DNA of 64,000 bases from Felis catus (taxonomy: Eukaryota), in NCBI RefSeq assembly GCF_018350175.1, contig NC_058368.1:158784001-158848000 (forward strand), written 5' to 3'. The notes under the pieces were generated by a model. The model made no database searches and was not told the DNA's origin. It saw only the letters and a list, made by a program, of their open reading frames with translations. Positions 1 to 13,943 of the stretch are shown in pieces (position 1 is the first letter of the stretch; each line of letters begins with the position of its first letter). The position numbers and the translations under genes were made by a program.

Positions 1-570
1 AAGAAATGGTCAGGTACTTGTTCTGTGTAGGGAGATTGTGAAGCTAGGATTTTCTTTTTGAAATAGCCTTTTCTTGTAAAAGGAATAGGGAAATATATAG
101 ATGCTTGTAGCTACTATATTTGATTAAGTCTAATATGCTATGGATTGTAAATTTCACTATTAATTTATGTACCTCTAAGTAAGAAAAAGCATTACCAAAT
201 AAACCATGACATACCTTAGGTTGAAATTCTCATCCTAATTTTGAATTGTTAAAATGTGAAAAAAGTCATTGTAAAGTTGATGAAATACAACATTTTTATA
301 CAATCTCCTAATCTAAACTTTGAGACTTGTCTCATTAAGATAGTTTGACTTTTTGGTTAAAGCTTAACTGAAGTGAGTGCATGGTCAAATAAGAAATATT
401 TCTAATTTTTTTAAAGCAAAATTTTGGTTTGCTTGATGTTTTAAAGTGAGAGAAAATTTAAATGTCTAGTGACCTTGAAAGAATTAGATGGTAAATGCCT
501 ATTGACCATTCTGAGTGAGAATCCCACACTAAAAGTTGTTAAGAACAACATTGGGACAGACTTAGGAACA

Positions 571-587
571 TTCTTTTTCTTTCTTTC

Positions 588-651
<64 letters not shown>

Positions 652-848
652 TCCTTCTTCATTCCTTCATTCATTTATTGAGAGAGGATGCACTCAAGGG
701 ACAGAAGTAGAGGGAAAGAGAGAATCTTAAGCAAGCTCCACACCCAGCATGGAACCTGAGGTGGGACTGGATCTCATGACCTTGAGATCATGACCTGAGC
801 CAAAATCAAGAGTAGGACACTTAATTGACTGAGTCACCCAGGTGCCCC
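571..848 (-). mobile_element. Can-SINE (SINEC_Fc2-like) with (TTTC)n expanded tail
   Basis: Reverse complement of GGGGCACCTGGGTGACTCAGTC head at 848; (TTTC)n at 571-660 derives from the A-rich tail. Confidence 0.93.
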
Positions 849-1964
849 AGGAGTATTCATTTTAAAAGTTAATTTCAAGGAGAGGGAAAAAAAAAAGGCA
901 CTCTAGATGGTGGGAAGATAGGACAAAATGGTATCTTAAATGGTTTATCAGTGCTCTTTGGAAGGAACTGAGAGATGTTAAGGAGATATCAGCAGCTATA
1001 TTCCATGTGCCACAGGCATACTAACCTCACTAATCTAAAATTGAGAGACCCCTGAACTAGTTTGTAGATTAAGAAAGTGAAATAGACAATATTTCAAATA
1101 GTGGAAGCAAATGGCATGTTACTTAATTATGATATGAGTTTTTGTTTCTTTTAAATCTTCTTTTAGCTGAAGTATTTTTAAGGTATTAGTAGGAAAAGTA
1201 GCTGATCAGTTAATTTACTGTTGTCTAAATATGTGTATTGAAATTTACGAAGCTGGTTTGATAAACGATTTTGTTTTTTACATGAAAACATGCAGAGAAG
1301 AAAAGCTTCATTTTATCTAAAGCATGATAGTGGCTTATCAAATATATCCTTGTTTTTCTCAAATAATATTTTTATTACCACTTTTGCTCTAAAATATTCA
1401 GTTGTTTCCTTGTTTTCCTACTCTTCAAATGGTAAAATCTGCTCTTGTTATTATGGCTTTCAACATCCATTAAAATCTGACCTCAGTTTACTAATTTAAC
1501 TTTTTCCATTCTTCAGTTACATAATTTTTTATTCTTTGAAAAAGAAAAGTAAAAAGGAAATAAAGTAAGTAAGTAATTTGGAAAAACAAAGCACACTAAA
1601 GGTGATACGTCTCAGGCTCTGTTTTTTTGGGAAGTTATCATCTATCAGGAGATTTGCAACCTACTAGTTCAAGGACTCTGACTTTCATTCACCTCTAGTT
1701 TGTTAGTATTTTCTGTAGTTAGAGTCTTGTTCACTTTACTCTCTTGCTGTCATTGAATCTGATCAGAATATTCACATTTTTTATTAAAGTTAGGAACCAA
1801 CTCTAGGGCTTAGCAGGTTTTGAGTGTTCCCTAATAACATACATGTTCTCTAATAACCTAACTAGAACTCTAGATTCCCAATTCAATTTTCATATTCCCT
1901 CCTCCCTTTGGGTTTTCACTACCTCCAATAGATCCCAAACTACATCTTAAATTCCTGAAGAGAG

Positions 1965-2267
1965 TTTTTCCAACACAGCTCATTAATTCAGGGCCTATTG
2001 GCCAGATCCTACTCACACATATGTTTTATTTTGTGTACATAGTGTCTTAACATTTTGGAATTAGTTGTGTGGCCAACAAATGGATGAAGCTGTGGCTATT
2101 GCTCTCTTGAGATGGAGTGTATGCTCTTTTTTTGCACACAATCCTCACCATCACCAATCTACTTTGCTCACTTACAGTGAGAGTGATTCCATTGTCTTAT
2201 ATTTTGCTAATGCCACTTTTTTGTGAAGCCATCCTGGACTGTGTTAGCAACTGAGTTTGTGACCCCA
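1965..2267 (+). mobile_element. MER102-like hAT-Charlie DNA transposon relic
   Basis: Motifs ggccagatcc..tgttttatttt..ttttggaattagttg and terminal ctgagtttgtgacccc resemble the recalled MER102 consensus. Confidence 0.55.
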
Positions 2268-2294
2268 TATATGTCTCTGATGCAACCATTAGAG

Positions 2295-2528
2295 TTTTTT
2301 AAAAAAATTTTCAATGTTTATTTATTTATTTTGAGAGAACGAGAGAGCAAGAGAGAAAGCCCACATGAGTGGGGAATGGGCAGAGATAGAGGAAGAGAGA
2401 ATCCCAAGCAGGCTCTGTGTTGTCAGTGCAGAGCCTGATGCGGTGACTCTGTCTCACAACAGTGAGATCATGATCTGAGCCGAAATCAAGAGTCAGACAC
2501 TTAATTAACTGAGCCAATCAGGTGGCAC
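2295..2528 (-). mobile_element. Can-SINE
   Basis: tttatttattttgagag...gagatcatgatctgagccgaaatcaagagtc...actgagcc, the standard antisense SINEC body. Confidence 0.93.
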
Positions 2529-3007
2529 TGGAGATTTTGTTTTGTAAATTAAATGACTTCCCCATTTCAAGTATAATATATGTTCTTTATAAAGATAGTT
2601 AACTAAAGTGAAAAATATAAAAATTAATTGTAAATTATTTGCGATCCCCTCTAATTTTGGTAACCAAGGCTCACATATGTAATATAATCAAAGATTATAA
2701 AATAGTGTGTCACGCTGAAGGAACTGGGGAAGATTTCTTAGAGGAAATAAAAATTGAAATGGATTTGAAGAAGGTGTAGGAATTTTCCAGAAAACACTTC
2801 TCTATACAGAGAAAAAAGCATGTATAATGACTCAAATGCATTAAAGAATTTGTAGCTGGATCAGTGAGAAATTCAATAGATTTGCTAAGTATAAGGATTT
2901 GGGGAAGAAGGAATTGATGCTGTAGTGTGTGGCTGAATTTTGGAAAACAGTATATGACATGCTAAAGATTTTTAAACCTTTTCTTAAAGACTATAGTGAT
3001 CTGAAAG

Positions 3008-3239
3008 GTTTTCTTTTCTCTTTTCTTTTCCTTTTCCTTTTCTTTTTCTTTTTTTTTTTTTTTTATCTTAGAGAGAGAGTGATCTGGGGAGAGGGGCAGA
3101 TGGAGAAAAAGAGAGAATCTTAATCAGGCTCCATGCTCAGTGTAGGGCCCGATGATGGGCTCCATCCACAATCCTGGGATCATGACCTGAGCCAAAATCA
3201 AGAGTCAGATGCTCAACAGACTGAGCCACCTAGGCGTCC
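3008..3239 (-). mobile_element. Can-SINE
   Basis: T-rich tail, then gatcatgacctgagccaaaatcaagagtc...ctgagccacctaggcg. Confidence 0.93.
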
Positions 3240-4571
3240 TGGAAAGAAGTTTTTTAGAGAAGAGATGTGATTACATAATAAATTCTTTCTAATAAAGGTT
3301 ATTCTGGGAGCATTTGGGAGCACAGTGGAAGGAGGTGGGGGGAAGGGACAGCAGTTGGGAGGCTATAGAATTAGTCTAGTTGAGAGATGATGAAGCGGTT
3401 TAAAATAAATATGGAGTCCAAAAAGTCAGTCAGTTTGAGAGACATTTTAGAGGTAGAATTCAAAAGAAATGCCAGTTCATGAAAGGCTTGGGAAGAAAGG
3501 TGTCTTTGAGGAAAACTGCTGTTAACTCTGATAAAGATTATGTGAGAAGGAAAAGACTATGGATAAGAAAGGACAAAAATAGTTGAATATGCATATTTTA
3601 AGACCATGACAAGACATTGAGATGAAAATACCTGGCACCCAAATGAAATATGAAAAGATTATTATTATCATTATTGTGTTGTGACTATAAAGGATTATGA
3701 GATTATTCTGGTTGAGTAAGGTTATCAGCATCACTTAGAGAATATTTTCAAACTAAACCCCCCCTTTTCAAGGAATTTTATTCTTATGATTTAGTTTCTC
3801 TCTTTTTAATAATAGATAATAATCTTGGATGTGTATTGTTTTATAATGATATTCAGGATTATTATCTGATCTTTATATATTTGTCTTTATCTTGCAATAG
3901 ACATAGAAGCAGTGGTTCCAGAAAAGGGATATGCTCTTCAAATTCAAATTTCTATTTTTTCAGGTCAAAATTATCACTCTATAACTTGGATGGTAGATTA
4001 TCTATATGAAATGGATTAAACTTGACTAAAGCCATTAAAGATATTTTTGAAGAAAAAATAAGCTTGATTCTTTTCATCAATCTAAACCTAAAACCTCCAT
4101 TTAGGTTTAAATTGCTCTTAATTACTTGCTAATTGAGTAGTCTTGAAGTTAAATTATATACTTATATTGTCATATTTTGAGGATTGCTAAACTTTAATAT
4201 GTCACACTGACATACATAAATGTTAACCTGATTTTATTTGTAGAAAATGGCAACCTAGATTTCAAATGAATTTTTTGAGTGAATAAATGACAGAGTTTGG
4301 AATCAAACTTTAAATTTTAACATCTACCTTATCATCCAAAAAATACCTTTGTAATAAAAATGGCATTTTCTCCCAAACACCTAAAATCTGTATTTTCCTT
4401 GGATTGACACACAGACAGTGAACTGAATGAAATCAATCTTTCTCACTAGTTTTTTTTTTTTTTTTGGGGTGGTTTCTTATTTGAGTAGTTTTCAGGATTA
4501 ACCATTTAACCCTGTCACCTTTCCTGAAAGCATTAATGTAAAAGTTTCCACAGTACCAAAAAAATGATCTT

Positions 4572-4790
4572 GGGGCACCTGGGTGGTTCAGTTGGTTAAG
4601 CATCCAACTTCGGTTCAGGTCATGATCTTACAGTTGTGGTTTTGAGCCCCATGTTGGGCTCTGTGCTGATAGCCCAGAGCCTGGAGCCTGCTTCAAATTC
4701 TGTCTTCCTGTCTCTCTACCCCTCTCCCACTTGCACTCTGTCTCTCTGTCTCTCAAAAATAAGTAAACATTAAAAAAAATTAACAAAAAG
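4572..4790 (+). mobile_element. Can-SINE
   Basis: ggggcacctgggtggttcagttggttaagc head, (CT)n region, aaaaataagtaaacattaaaa tail. Confidence 0.95.
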
Positions 4791-5693
4791 TGATATTAGT
4801 GACAGCATGTGTTATGACTTGATTTGGTGAGTAAGAAATGAGCCAAGGATGTCTCATAGGTTTTGTAAAGTTGTTTTGATTCTTCTGCTTATATCACAAA
4901 ACAAACCAGAGTTAAATACAATCTGACTTCTCAGGATTAGGGTCTTCTAGAAACTATATTAGGGACTTCTCATTGACTGTCTTTACAGCTTTTATATTTA
5001 AGCAGAATTATTCCTTTCAAAAAGAATATATTTGCTGATCAGTGGCAAAATGCAATTAATGTAATTTCCATGGTTTATTCATTATTTTAACAAATATTTA
5101 CTGAGCAGTTACTCTGTACCAGGTAAATCTTTGTTTTGTTAGAGTATATGAAAGTACCTGTTGCTTCGGTAACTTAGGATGATCAAACTACTGCTTTTAA
5201 GATGTCTGTAAGACGTTATTTTTTTGAGATTAAGGCTATGATGGAATTGCTGACTATATAATAATTATTTTTAGTTTTAGTTTCTTGGTTGAATGATATG
5301 GAAATCTGGAGCATGTGAAGCATATGCATATGTAATATACATATGTGAAATTTATAAATAATATATATTATATACAAATGTATAAAATATATATACATTT
5401 TATATGTATATTAAAACATACATATAAGAATGTATTTATATTACTTAATATCTGGTACTGGCTTTGGTGAAAGCCTATAATTATTAAATAATAAAAATTG
5501 CCAGATTATTTCTAGCTTAATCCCAGTTTGTCCTATACAGATAATGTATTATTTTAATCATACTATTTGTACCCATCTTCCACTTCCCTTTTAATAAAAT
5601 AACACTATAAAAACAGTGTTTCAATGAGGAAAAGTTAGTTATTTCTTCTCTGAGCATTCTTGCTTGTAATGCCTTTATCAAGAGTATTTGCTT

Positions 5694-5900
5694 GGGGTGC
5701 CTGGGTGACTCAGTTGGTTAAACATCTGACTTTGGCTCAGGTCATGATCTTGCTGTTCATGGGTTAGAGCCCTGCATCAGACTCTGTGCTGACAGCTCAG
5801 AGCCTGGAACCTGCCTCGGATTCTGTATCTCCTTCTCTCTACCCCTCCCCTGCTCATGCGCTCTGTCTTTCTCTCAAAAATAAATAAACATCAAGAAAAA
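5694..5900 (+). mobile_element. Can-SINE
   Basis: ggggtgcctgggtgactcag head; TSD agtatttgctt on both sides. Confidence 0.95.
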
Positions 5901-7062
5901 GTATTTGCTTTGCAAATATTCCTTTGCTAGAAATAAGTTACAACAATATAATTGATAATAATAATATTTTTCTTTTATTAAATACTTAATCTGTGCTGGG
6001 CACCATGTAAAAACTTTGCACATGTATCTTAAATAAGCAAATAAAAGCCCAGTGTGACTCCATTCTTTTCAGGTACACTCATCTTTGGACCCTTATTTTC
6101 TCTTGACAATCCAGTTGTTGGTTATTTTTGAGATTATATTTCAAGGTTTTCTTAGACTTTTTTTTCCTTTTGCTCTATATTAAGTGGGAGATTAAAAACA
6201 AACAAACCAACAAAAGTCCTTAATAGTGTCCTATATTATTCTTTAGATGAGAATCCCATGCAAGTCCAGGGAGCATCTTTATATATGCAAATCAATTTAG
6301 TGTTTTCCTCCTCAATCTTGTTAACAGTGGGTCAGACAGTGATGGTTCCTATTCTCACCTGGCAGCATAGTGACTGCACTACTGATGTGCCTTCTTCTTC
6401 TCACCTTTGCTCTCAACTAGTCTGGCTAGTTTCAAGGGCATTGTTATTGATTCAGCATTACATCTAGACTTGGGAGTCCCTTATTTCATTCCTGTTTTGA
6501 AAAGGAATGTTTGAATGGCTCTGTCTCTCCTAATTATGTGAAAAAAGAAACAGGGCTAATAGTTTTATGGAAACCTCAATCTGCGTTTGGATGAATGTCA
6601 TAATAAATGCATGTAACCAAGACCAGTATTGACATTACTTTCTAGTTTGGGGGCCTAATAAAATTTTTAATCTTTCTCAGAAAATATGGAATTGCCATGT
6701 CAATAAATCTTGTCAGATTCCTAAACAAGAATTCAATATTTATTAAATAGACACAAGAATGGAACTTAGTCTTCTGCATGTTCACTATAAAACCTAATAT
6801 ACTGATGGATGGTACTCAGCCAGTATAAATGTTATTCATTATATGTTCTTAAATAGGCAAAATAGATTATACAGGAACATTAATAATTACTAAATATGAC
6901 TGGAATTCATTTCTGTTTATCATGGAATGCTATATCCTCCAAATAACTTTCTATCAGTATCTAAATTATAAAAAAATTAATATTCTCCAATAGTTTTCCT
7001 TCAGTTAAATGAATTGCAATCTTCTCTGGATGATGTAAACTATGACCACATTCACACTTAAT

Positions 7063-7064
<2 letters not shown>

Positions 7065-7096
<32 letters not shown>
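7065..7096. repeat. (TG)n microsatellite
   Basis: Perfect TG run. Confidence 0.95.
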
Positions 7097-7097
<1 letters not shown>

Positions 7098-8334
7098 CAA
7101 GATATTTAAATTGAAGGAAATTAAAATGAAAGTTTCAATTAGGTATCAAGATATGATACAATAGATGTGAAATTAGGAAATGAGATAAAACAATTTGCAA
7201 TATTGAAAGGACATATCTCATGACGCTTGAACTACTTCACTCAGAGTCACCTGTGAGTGAGCAGAGGAGAAGGAATGCGATTTTTTAAAACAGATAACTG
7301 ATGCCTTGCTTTGTGTTCCCATCCCTGGTGAATGACATGAGTTCTAACTCCTAAATTTTAGGAAAGTGTCTTTCCAAAGGCTAAATAGAGAGCTATAGTC
7401 ACTCCTATAGCTGTGTGCTAGGGTTTGACTCTGCCTAGAAGCCTGATAGATGAGATTGGGATGACAAATTGCTCTGCAAGTCAAACCTGGAGAGTGCTGC
7501 TTTGTTGGGATCAGCCCCTACTTTGAGAGTTTGTCCAGTCAAAGTGTCCAGGAATATTCCTATAGATCTGATGTGGGTCATGCAGGAGAGCAAGTATACA
7601 GCCATATGGGTTATTATCCAGGTCCTTCTGGAGTGGTGGAAGTACTACAGCAGCCAGAAAAGTCTGGGAGGTGACTGCCTAAAAGACTGAAGAAGGAGTA
7701 GTACATGACCACCTGGCATAGAGGTGTATCTGCCTGGTTGCAGGTTACATAAAAGAGGAGTCCTGCAAGACACTTCAGAAGCTTATGAAAGCACCACATG
7801 ACACAAAAAAGTTAATATCCACCAGTTTCAGGGGGTGCAAAACCAGCGTAAGGTGATATTAGTTTCTCCTTTCACTTGCTACCAGAGAGGGACTGACTGC
7901 AAAAGTGGTTGTCTAGCTGGGAGAGTACACTAGGGACAAAAAGAAAAAAGACCATCTATGTCTGTATTTTTGGCTTTGAAACAGAACAGAGCTAGGGGAG
8001 GGGAGATCTTAGGTACAATTGATTAAAACCTTGAACTGAACTTCTATTTTCTGTATTGAGACTCACTGAAATTGTTTGCAACTGCAGAACTGTCCATTGC
8101 TTAAAATGACCTGAACACTCAAGGGGTTGCTATAGTTTCATTCAGGACAGGAAATATTACTTCCACTGAATACATTTTGAAAGGGAAGAAAAAGGAATAG
8201 CTGAAGGAAGCATGGCAAAATATTGATAAATATTGAATATAGGTGGTGAGTATAATAAGAGTTCATTATAATTCTGTCTCTATTATTATGTGTATTTGAA
8301 AATTTTAATAAAATATTTTTGAAAGTAAAAGACT

Positions 8335-8553
8335 GGGGGCTTCTGGGTGGCTCAGGCGGTTAAGTGTAGGACTTCAGCTCAGGTCATGATCTCACGGTTT
8401 GTGAGTTTGAGCCCCGTGTTAGGCTCTGTGCAGACAGCATGGAGCCTGGAGCCTGCTTTGGGTTCTGTGTCTCCCTCTCTCTTTGCCCCTCCCCTGCTCA
8501 TGCTCTGTCTCTCTCTCTCTATCTGTCAAAAATAAGTAAACGTTAAAAAAAAA
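8335..8553 (+). mobile_element. Can-SINE
   Basis: Full head-to-tail copy; TSD aaagtaaaagact. Confidence 0.95.
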
Positions 8554-9340
8554 AGTAAAAGACTGATAGGAAACAAAAAGATAGATTGAATTTTTATTAC
8601 CATTTATTGTGTTTGTTAAATACATGGATATAATTACATGTGTATATATTTTTATGCATATTTAAATCTAATTTTTAAGTTAAACTTGAAATAGAATCTA
8701 ATTAACTTTCTACTAGCCTTTGGTATGGAATGTCAAAAAATAAAAAGTGAAGGTTTTACTTTTGTTATAATCATCAGGCTTTGCTTTACCAAAATTTTGG
8801 TTAGGCATTTTTTTTAGACTCTGTAAAACATTGTCAGTATGCACAATTAATTTTCAAATATGTTGAGATTCTATTTTTTAAAAACAGTTGTTTTTATTGC
8901 AAAGCAAACTTTGAAAATGGTATGGATTTTGAGAAACAGAATGTGAAAAACAAAATGGTTTGGTAACAGAAGGAAAACTAATCCAGATTGGGTTATCCTT
9001 CTTAGGAAAGGTGGCATGTTAGTTTGGCCATGAAAGATGGATAGGTTCTCCAAAGGCTTAAATGGGCTAAAGTGTATGGCATTACAGATAAACAGCCAGA
9101 CACATTATACAAATGAAAGCTCTGTGCAATAATGCTGAAATAGAAAGAGGCAAAGGTGTGTTTGGGAAATGATAAATCTGGCGTGATTGGAGTCAGAGAT
9201 TTAGTGAGAGGAATATGGCTGGAAACTAAGTTGGAGTAGATTTCCATAGGATTTATATGCCTTGATAAGAAATTTAGACTTTTGTTTTAAAGATACTGAG
9301 GTACTGAGAAGTTTATTTGAACCTAGGGATAATATTGTCC

Positions 9341-9670
9341 AGAATACCTTAGACTGGGTGGCTTTTAAACAAGAGAAATTTATTTCTCACAGTTCTAGAG
9401 GCTGGAAGTCCAAGATCAGGGTGCTGGCAGAGTTGGTGTCTGGTGAGAACCCACTTTCTGGTTCATAGATGGCAATCTTCCCACTCTATCCTCAGGTGGT
9501 GGCAGGGGCAAGGGAATTGTCTGAGCCTACATTATAGGGGCACCAATCCCATTTATGAGGTCTCCACCCTACTGACCTAATCACTGCAAAGGCCCTACCT
9601 CCAAATACCATCATATTGGGGATTAGGTTTTAACATATGAATTTTGGAAGGGGGACATAATCAGTCTGTA
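9341..9670 (-). mobile_element. MLT1A-like MaLR solo LTR
   Basis: agactgggtggcttttaaac..aaatttatttctcacagttctagaggctggaagtccaagatc and aacatatgaattttgg match the reverse complement of the recalled MLT1A0 consensus. Confidence 0.85.
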
Positions 9671-9887
9671 GAAGATTCAATGCAAGATATTTTTGATATT
9701 TAATTAAACCTCAGGGGTAAAGTGTATTAGAGACAGATTTCATGAAGAAAATTAGGGCTTATTACATATCTCAAGTGAGAAGTACTGAATGTGAGTGTCG
9801 GTAAATGGAGTAAATGGATAAGATAGAAGAAACATGAATCACACTACCTTTGTAGATTTTGGAGTGAAGTGATTGGAATCAGACTAT

Positions 9888-10127
9888 TAATTAATTAATT
9901 AATTAATTTGTTTGTTTGTTCATTCACTCAGTCATTCATGAGAGAGAGAGAGAGAGAGAGCATGCACACAAGGGAGGGTCAGAGGGAGAGGGAGAGAATC
10001 CTAACCAGGCTCCATGCCCAGCATGGGGCCACAGTGGGATTGGATCCCATGACACTGGGATCAAGACGTGAGCCAAAATCAAGAGTTTAAGAGTCGGACC
10101 CTCAACTGACTGAGCCACTTAGGTGCC
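9888..10127 (-). mobile_element. Can-SINE
   Basis: Antisense body; TSD gaatcagac. Confidence 0.92.
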
Positions 10128-10615
10128 ATAGAATCAGACATTATTTAGAAAGAAGCAGCTCATTTAAAAATAATCCTCTGCTTTTTGGGTGGAACATTTT
10201 CTACTTAGCTTCATGGTGAAAAGATGTATAAAAACACTCCAGTATCACTATAAGGAAAATGATTTTAACAATACTAACAAATTGAAGTTTCTGTTAAAAC
10301 AGACTATTTTCTTTATCTTCTACATTATCTTTGAAATGACTTTGTGATCTAGAAAGAAGGAAGGATTCACATTAAGTTATTTCATTTCATTTAGTAGCAT
10401 AGCTAAGATTGCATTTTTTATTTAGTCCTCCTTCCTGAATGAAAATAAAAATTGAGGTAATTACTGGGTGAAGTGTGGGTATACACTGGCTGATATACAT
10501 CATATTACACTTGGAAAGCAAATGATCAAATAGAAAATAGACTGCTTATGGATGAATTATAAAAATAGGTAGAATTCTATATTTTGCAGCAATAATTTTA
10601 TTAAGCTACTTGATA

Positions 10616-10836
10616 TATTTTTTTAATTTTTTTAACGTTTATTTATTTTTGAGACAGAGAGAGACAGAGCATGAATGGGGGAGGGTCAGAGAGAGAGGGA
10701 GACACAGAATCTGAAACAGGCTCCAGGCTCTGAGCAGTCAGCACAGAGCCTGACGCAGGGCTTGAATCCATGGACCATGAGATGATCACCTGAGCCGAAG
10801 TTGGACGCTTAACCGACTGAGCCACCCAGGCGCCCC
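10616..10836 (-). mobile_element. Can-SINE (young SINEC_Fc-like)
   Basis: Near-consensus body; TSD ctacttgata. Confidence 0.96.
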
Positions 10837-10961
10837 TAACCTACTTGATATTAATGGAGATTACTAAGCTATTCTAAGATAAAACATTTCTTTAGGGAAA
10901 AAAGACAAACATACCAACATAGCTTTTGGATAATACAACCTTTCTCTAACAGTTTCCTTTT

Positions 10962-11191
10962 ATTTATTTATTTTTTAATTTTTTTTTTCAACGTTTATTT
11001 ATTTTTGGGACAGAGAGAGACAGAGCATGAACGGGGGAGGGGCAGAGAGAGAGGGAGACACAGAATCGGAAACAGGCTCCAGGCTCCGAGCCATCAGCCC
11101 AGAGCCTGACGCGGGGCTCGAACTCACTGACCACGAGATCGTGACCTGGCTGAAGTCGGACGCTTAACCGACTGTGCCACCCAGGTGCCCC
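10962..11191 (-). mobile_element. Can-SINE (very young SINEC_Fc-like)
   Basis: CpG-rich; perfect 15-bp TSD taacagtttcctttt at 10947-10961 and 11192-11206. Confidence 0.97.
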
Positions 11192-11769
11192 TAACAGTTT
11201 CCTTTTAATTGGAGGCAAACCTAGTAAAGATTGATTAGCTCTGGGAATGTTTGATATTGATGCTTTACTTCAGGGTTACACATCATGTATTTTGTGGAAT
11301 ATGTATGAATAATAATTGATGACCTAGAAAGAAAAATGTATTTTAATTTATATTTTTCTTTTACATATACTTTTGCTAATAATCCTATAGGGCTTATCAT
11401 ATTCTTTTCATGTATTAATTTGCTGCCAATCTCATGCCTGTGATGATGTACTCATTTTCTCTCAGCATTTTCAAGCTAATCAAATTCCAAGGTCATTCAA
11501 AATAAGGCTCAGTGAATTTGGGATCATTGGGGCATAGTTTTAATACTTTTTGATTAGTATGAGTGAACTGCTATAAAAGGATACTATGAGATATGAATTG
11601 GAAGGATAGAAGATCAAAGTCAAGGGGGATCAATAATGTGGCTTTATAATGGTCCAGGCAAGAGACAGCAAGGACCTAATTTTCTTCCAGGGTGGACCAT
11701 AGTTAGTCATAATCCTAGGTGTGGAAATGTGTTTCCTAATATTGTCTGTCTTTTGAAAGTACGTCTTAC

Positions 11770-11799
11770 CTTTGCCAGAAAAATTATTGCATAATGAAT
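11770..11799 (-). other. Candidate 30-nt antisense micro-exon
   Basis: Minus strand: ttttctatttttgtttacag | ATTCATTATGCAATAATTTTTCTGGCAAAG | gtaagac; both splice sites near consensus. Confidence 0.35.
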
Positions 11800-12749
11800 C
11801 TGTAAACAAAAATAGAAAAACAAAGCCACAAAAATAAGCAAACTACAGAGTTCTTTGTTGTAGATTTTAGGTTAACCCCCTTCTAACCTCTGTTAAGTTT
11901 AAAGTGTATAAAGAAATTCTATATGCATGGGTTTAAAAGTAGGAAAACATAGCTTGGTTGCATTTTTATCCATTTTAAACTAGCTTAATTTAAAAAATGA
12001 CACTAGCACCCACATGTATGTAAACTATGTCAGAAAATGACTTGTATATACTTTCAGTATTTTTCTAGTATGTATGATTTATGTAATGACTATTTTATTT
12101 TAATGAAAGAATGATCTTAATCACATAACAGTATTCAGATTTCACCTTAAATTTTGTTTATCCCCCTTGGATCTCCTCTGTGGAATACTTCCTTTACAGC
12201 AGGCTCCTATCAACCTTTCCTTCCATGTGTTCGGCCGACTTTGCTCCGGTGAATTAGGCATATGCGTATCTGCCAGCTAAATAATATAATTTCACAGAGC
12301 TAGTGTTTTATTATTCTCCTTATGTTTGGAAATTGGAAGTTTCTTGCATATCTAAAGACCACGGTGGGGGAGAGTTATTTTAAGACTGCCTATGTCCTTG
12401 TTCCCTCTTGCCATTGGATTTGAGTATAGGTCAATGAAGTAAATGAATGAGGAAAAAATATACAATATCATGTGAAACTTTCTTCTCCTTCCTACACTCT
12501 GTGGAAATATTTTGATACTGAAATAGTAGAATAATTCAAATTCCCTTGATACATATTATTCATTACCATTATTTTATGATTAGCAATTATAAAAGAAATG
12601 ATATTGATCATTTTATGCTAGAATAATTAAAAATGTTAAAATACCTGTTCAAGTCTGCAATCTGAATTTGAAAGTTAAAATAAGGAAGAAATTAAAAAAA
12701 ATCATTAATTGATTTTTTTACTCTTTTGTTTCTGTATTTAAAGACTTTT

Positions 12750-12753
12750 AGTT

Positions 12754-12809
<56 letters not shown>

Positions 12810-13857
12810 TCAAGATTTAAATTTTAATTCCAGTGTAGTTAACAAACAGTGTTATATTAGTTTCAGGTGTATAATATAGTGAAATCCCCAATACCTATTT
12901 CACCCATCCACTCCACCTACCTCCCCTTTGGTAACCATCAGTTTGTTCTCTATAGTTAAGAGTTTGTTTCTTGGTTTGTCTCTCTTTTTTTCCCCTTTGT
13001 TTTGTTTTCTAACTTCCACATGTGAATGAAATCATATGGAATTTGTCTTCCTCTAACTAATTTACTTTGGTTAGCATTGTACTCTAGCTCCATCCATGTT
13101 GTTGCAATTGGCAGGATTTCATTCTTTTTATGACTGAATAATATACCATTGTATATTTTTTGTATATATACACAAATATCATGTCTTCTTTATTCATCTA
13201 TCAATGGACATTTGAGCTGCTTCCATAATTTGGCTACTGTAAATAATGCTGCAATAAAAATAAGGGTGTATATATCCTTTTGAATTAGGATTTGTGTATT
13301 CTTTGGAGTAGATACTCGGTAGTGGGATTACTGGATCATAGTGTAGTTTTATTTTTAAGTTTTTGAAGAACCTCCTTACTGCACCAGTTTGCATTCTCAC
13401 CAACAAAGCATGAGGGTTCATTATTCCCCACATCTTTGCCAATATTTGTTGTTTCTTTTTTTAATTTTTTATTTATTTTTTATTTTAGCCATTCTGACAG
13501 ATGTGAGGTGATATCTGACTGTAGTTTTGATTTGCAATTCCCTGATGATCAGTGATGTTGAGCATGTTTACATGTGTCTGCTAGCCATCTGAATGTCTTC
13601 TTTGGAAAAATAGGCATGTCTTCTGCCCATTTTTTAATTGGATTATTAGTTTTTTCAGGTGTTGAGTTGTATAAATTCTTTGTATATTTTGGATACTAAC
13701 CCTTTATCAGATATTTTATTTGTAAATATCTTCTCCCATTCTGTAGTTTTTTTTTTTTTTAGTTTTGTCGGTTGTTTCCTTCACTTTTCAGAAGCTTTTT
13801 ATTTTGATGTAATCTGATGGTTTATTTTTGCTTTTGTTTCCCTTACCTCAGGAGACC
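12750..13857 (-). mobile_element. L1 (carnivore-type) 3' end, the non-inverted part of a twin-primed insertion; (TTTC)n tail
   Basis: Reverse-complement L1 3'UTR/ORF2-end motifs (ccatccatgttgttgcaa, tcaatggacatttgag, gtgaggtgatatc); tail at 12752-12830. Confidence 0.92.
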
Positions 13858-13943
13858 TATGAAATTGAATCAGTAATCAAAAAACTCTGAACAAACAAAA
13901 TTCTAGGGCTAGATGGCTTCACAGGTGAATTCTACCAAACATT

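Noticed and set aside
4083..4110. 10-bp stem hairpin taaacctaaa/tttaggttta
   Set aside because: A short AT-rich stem is expected by chance in 64 kb
7200..8150. GC-richer block as an exon or promoter
   Set aside because: No coherent ORF or splice-site pair; more likely an old LTR-type repeat whose family I cannot assign
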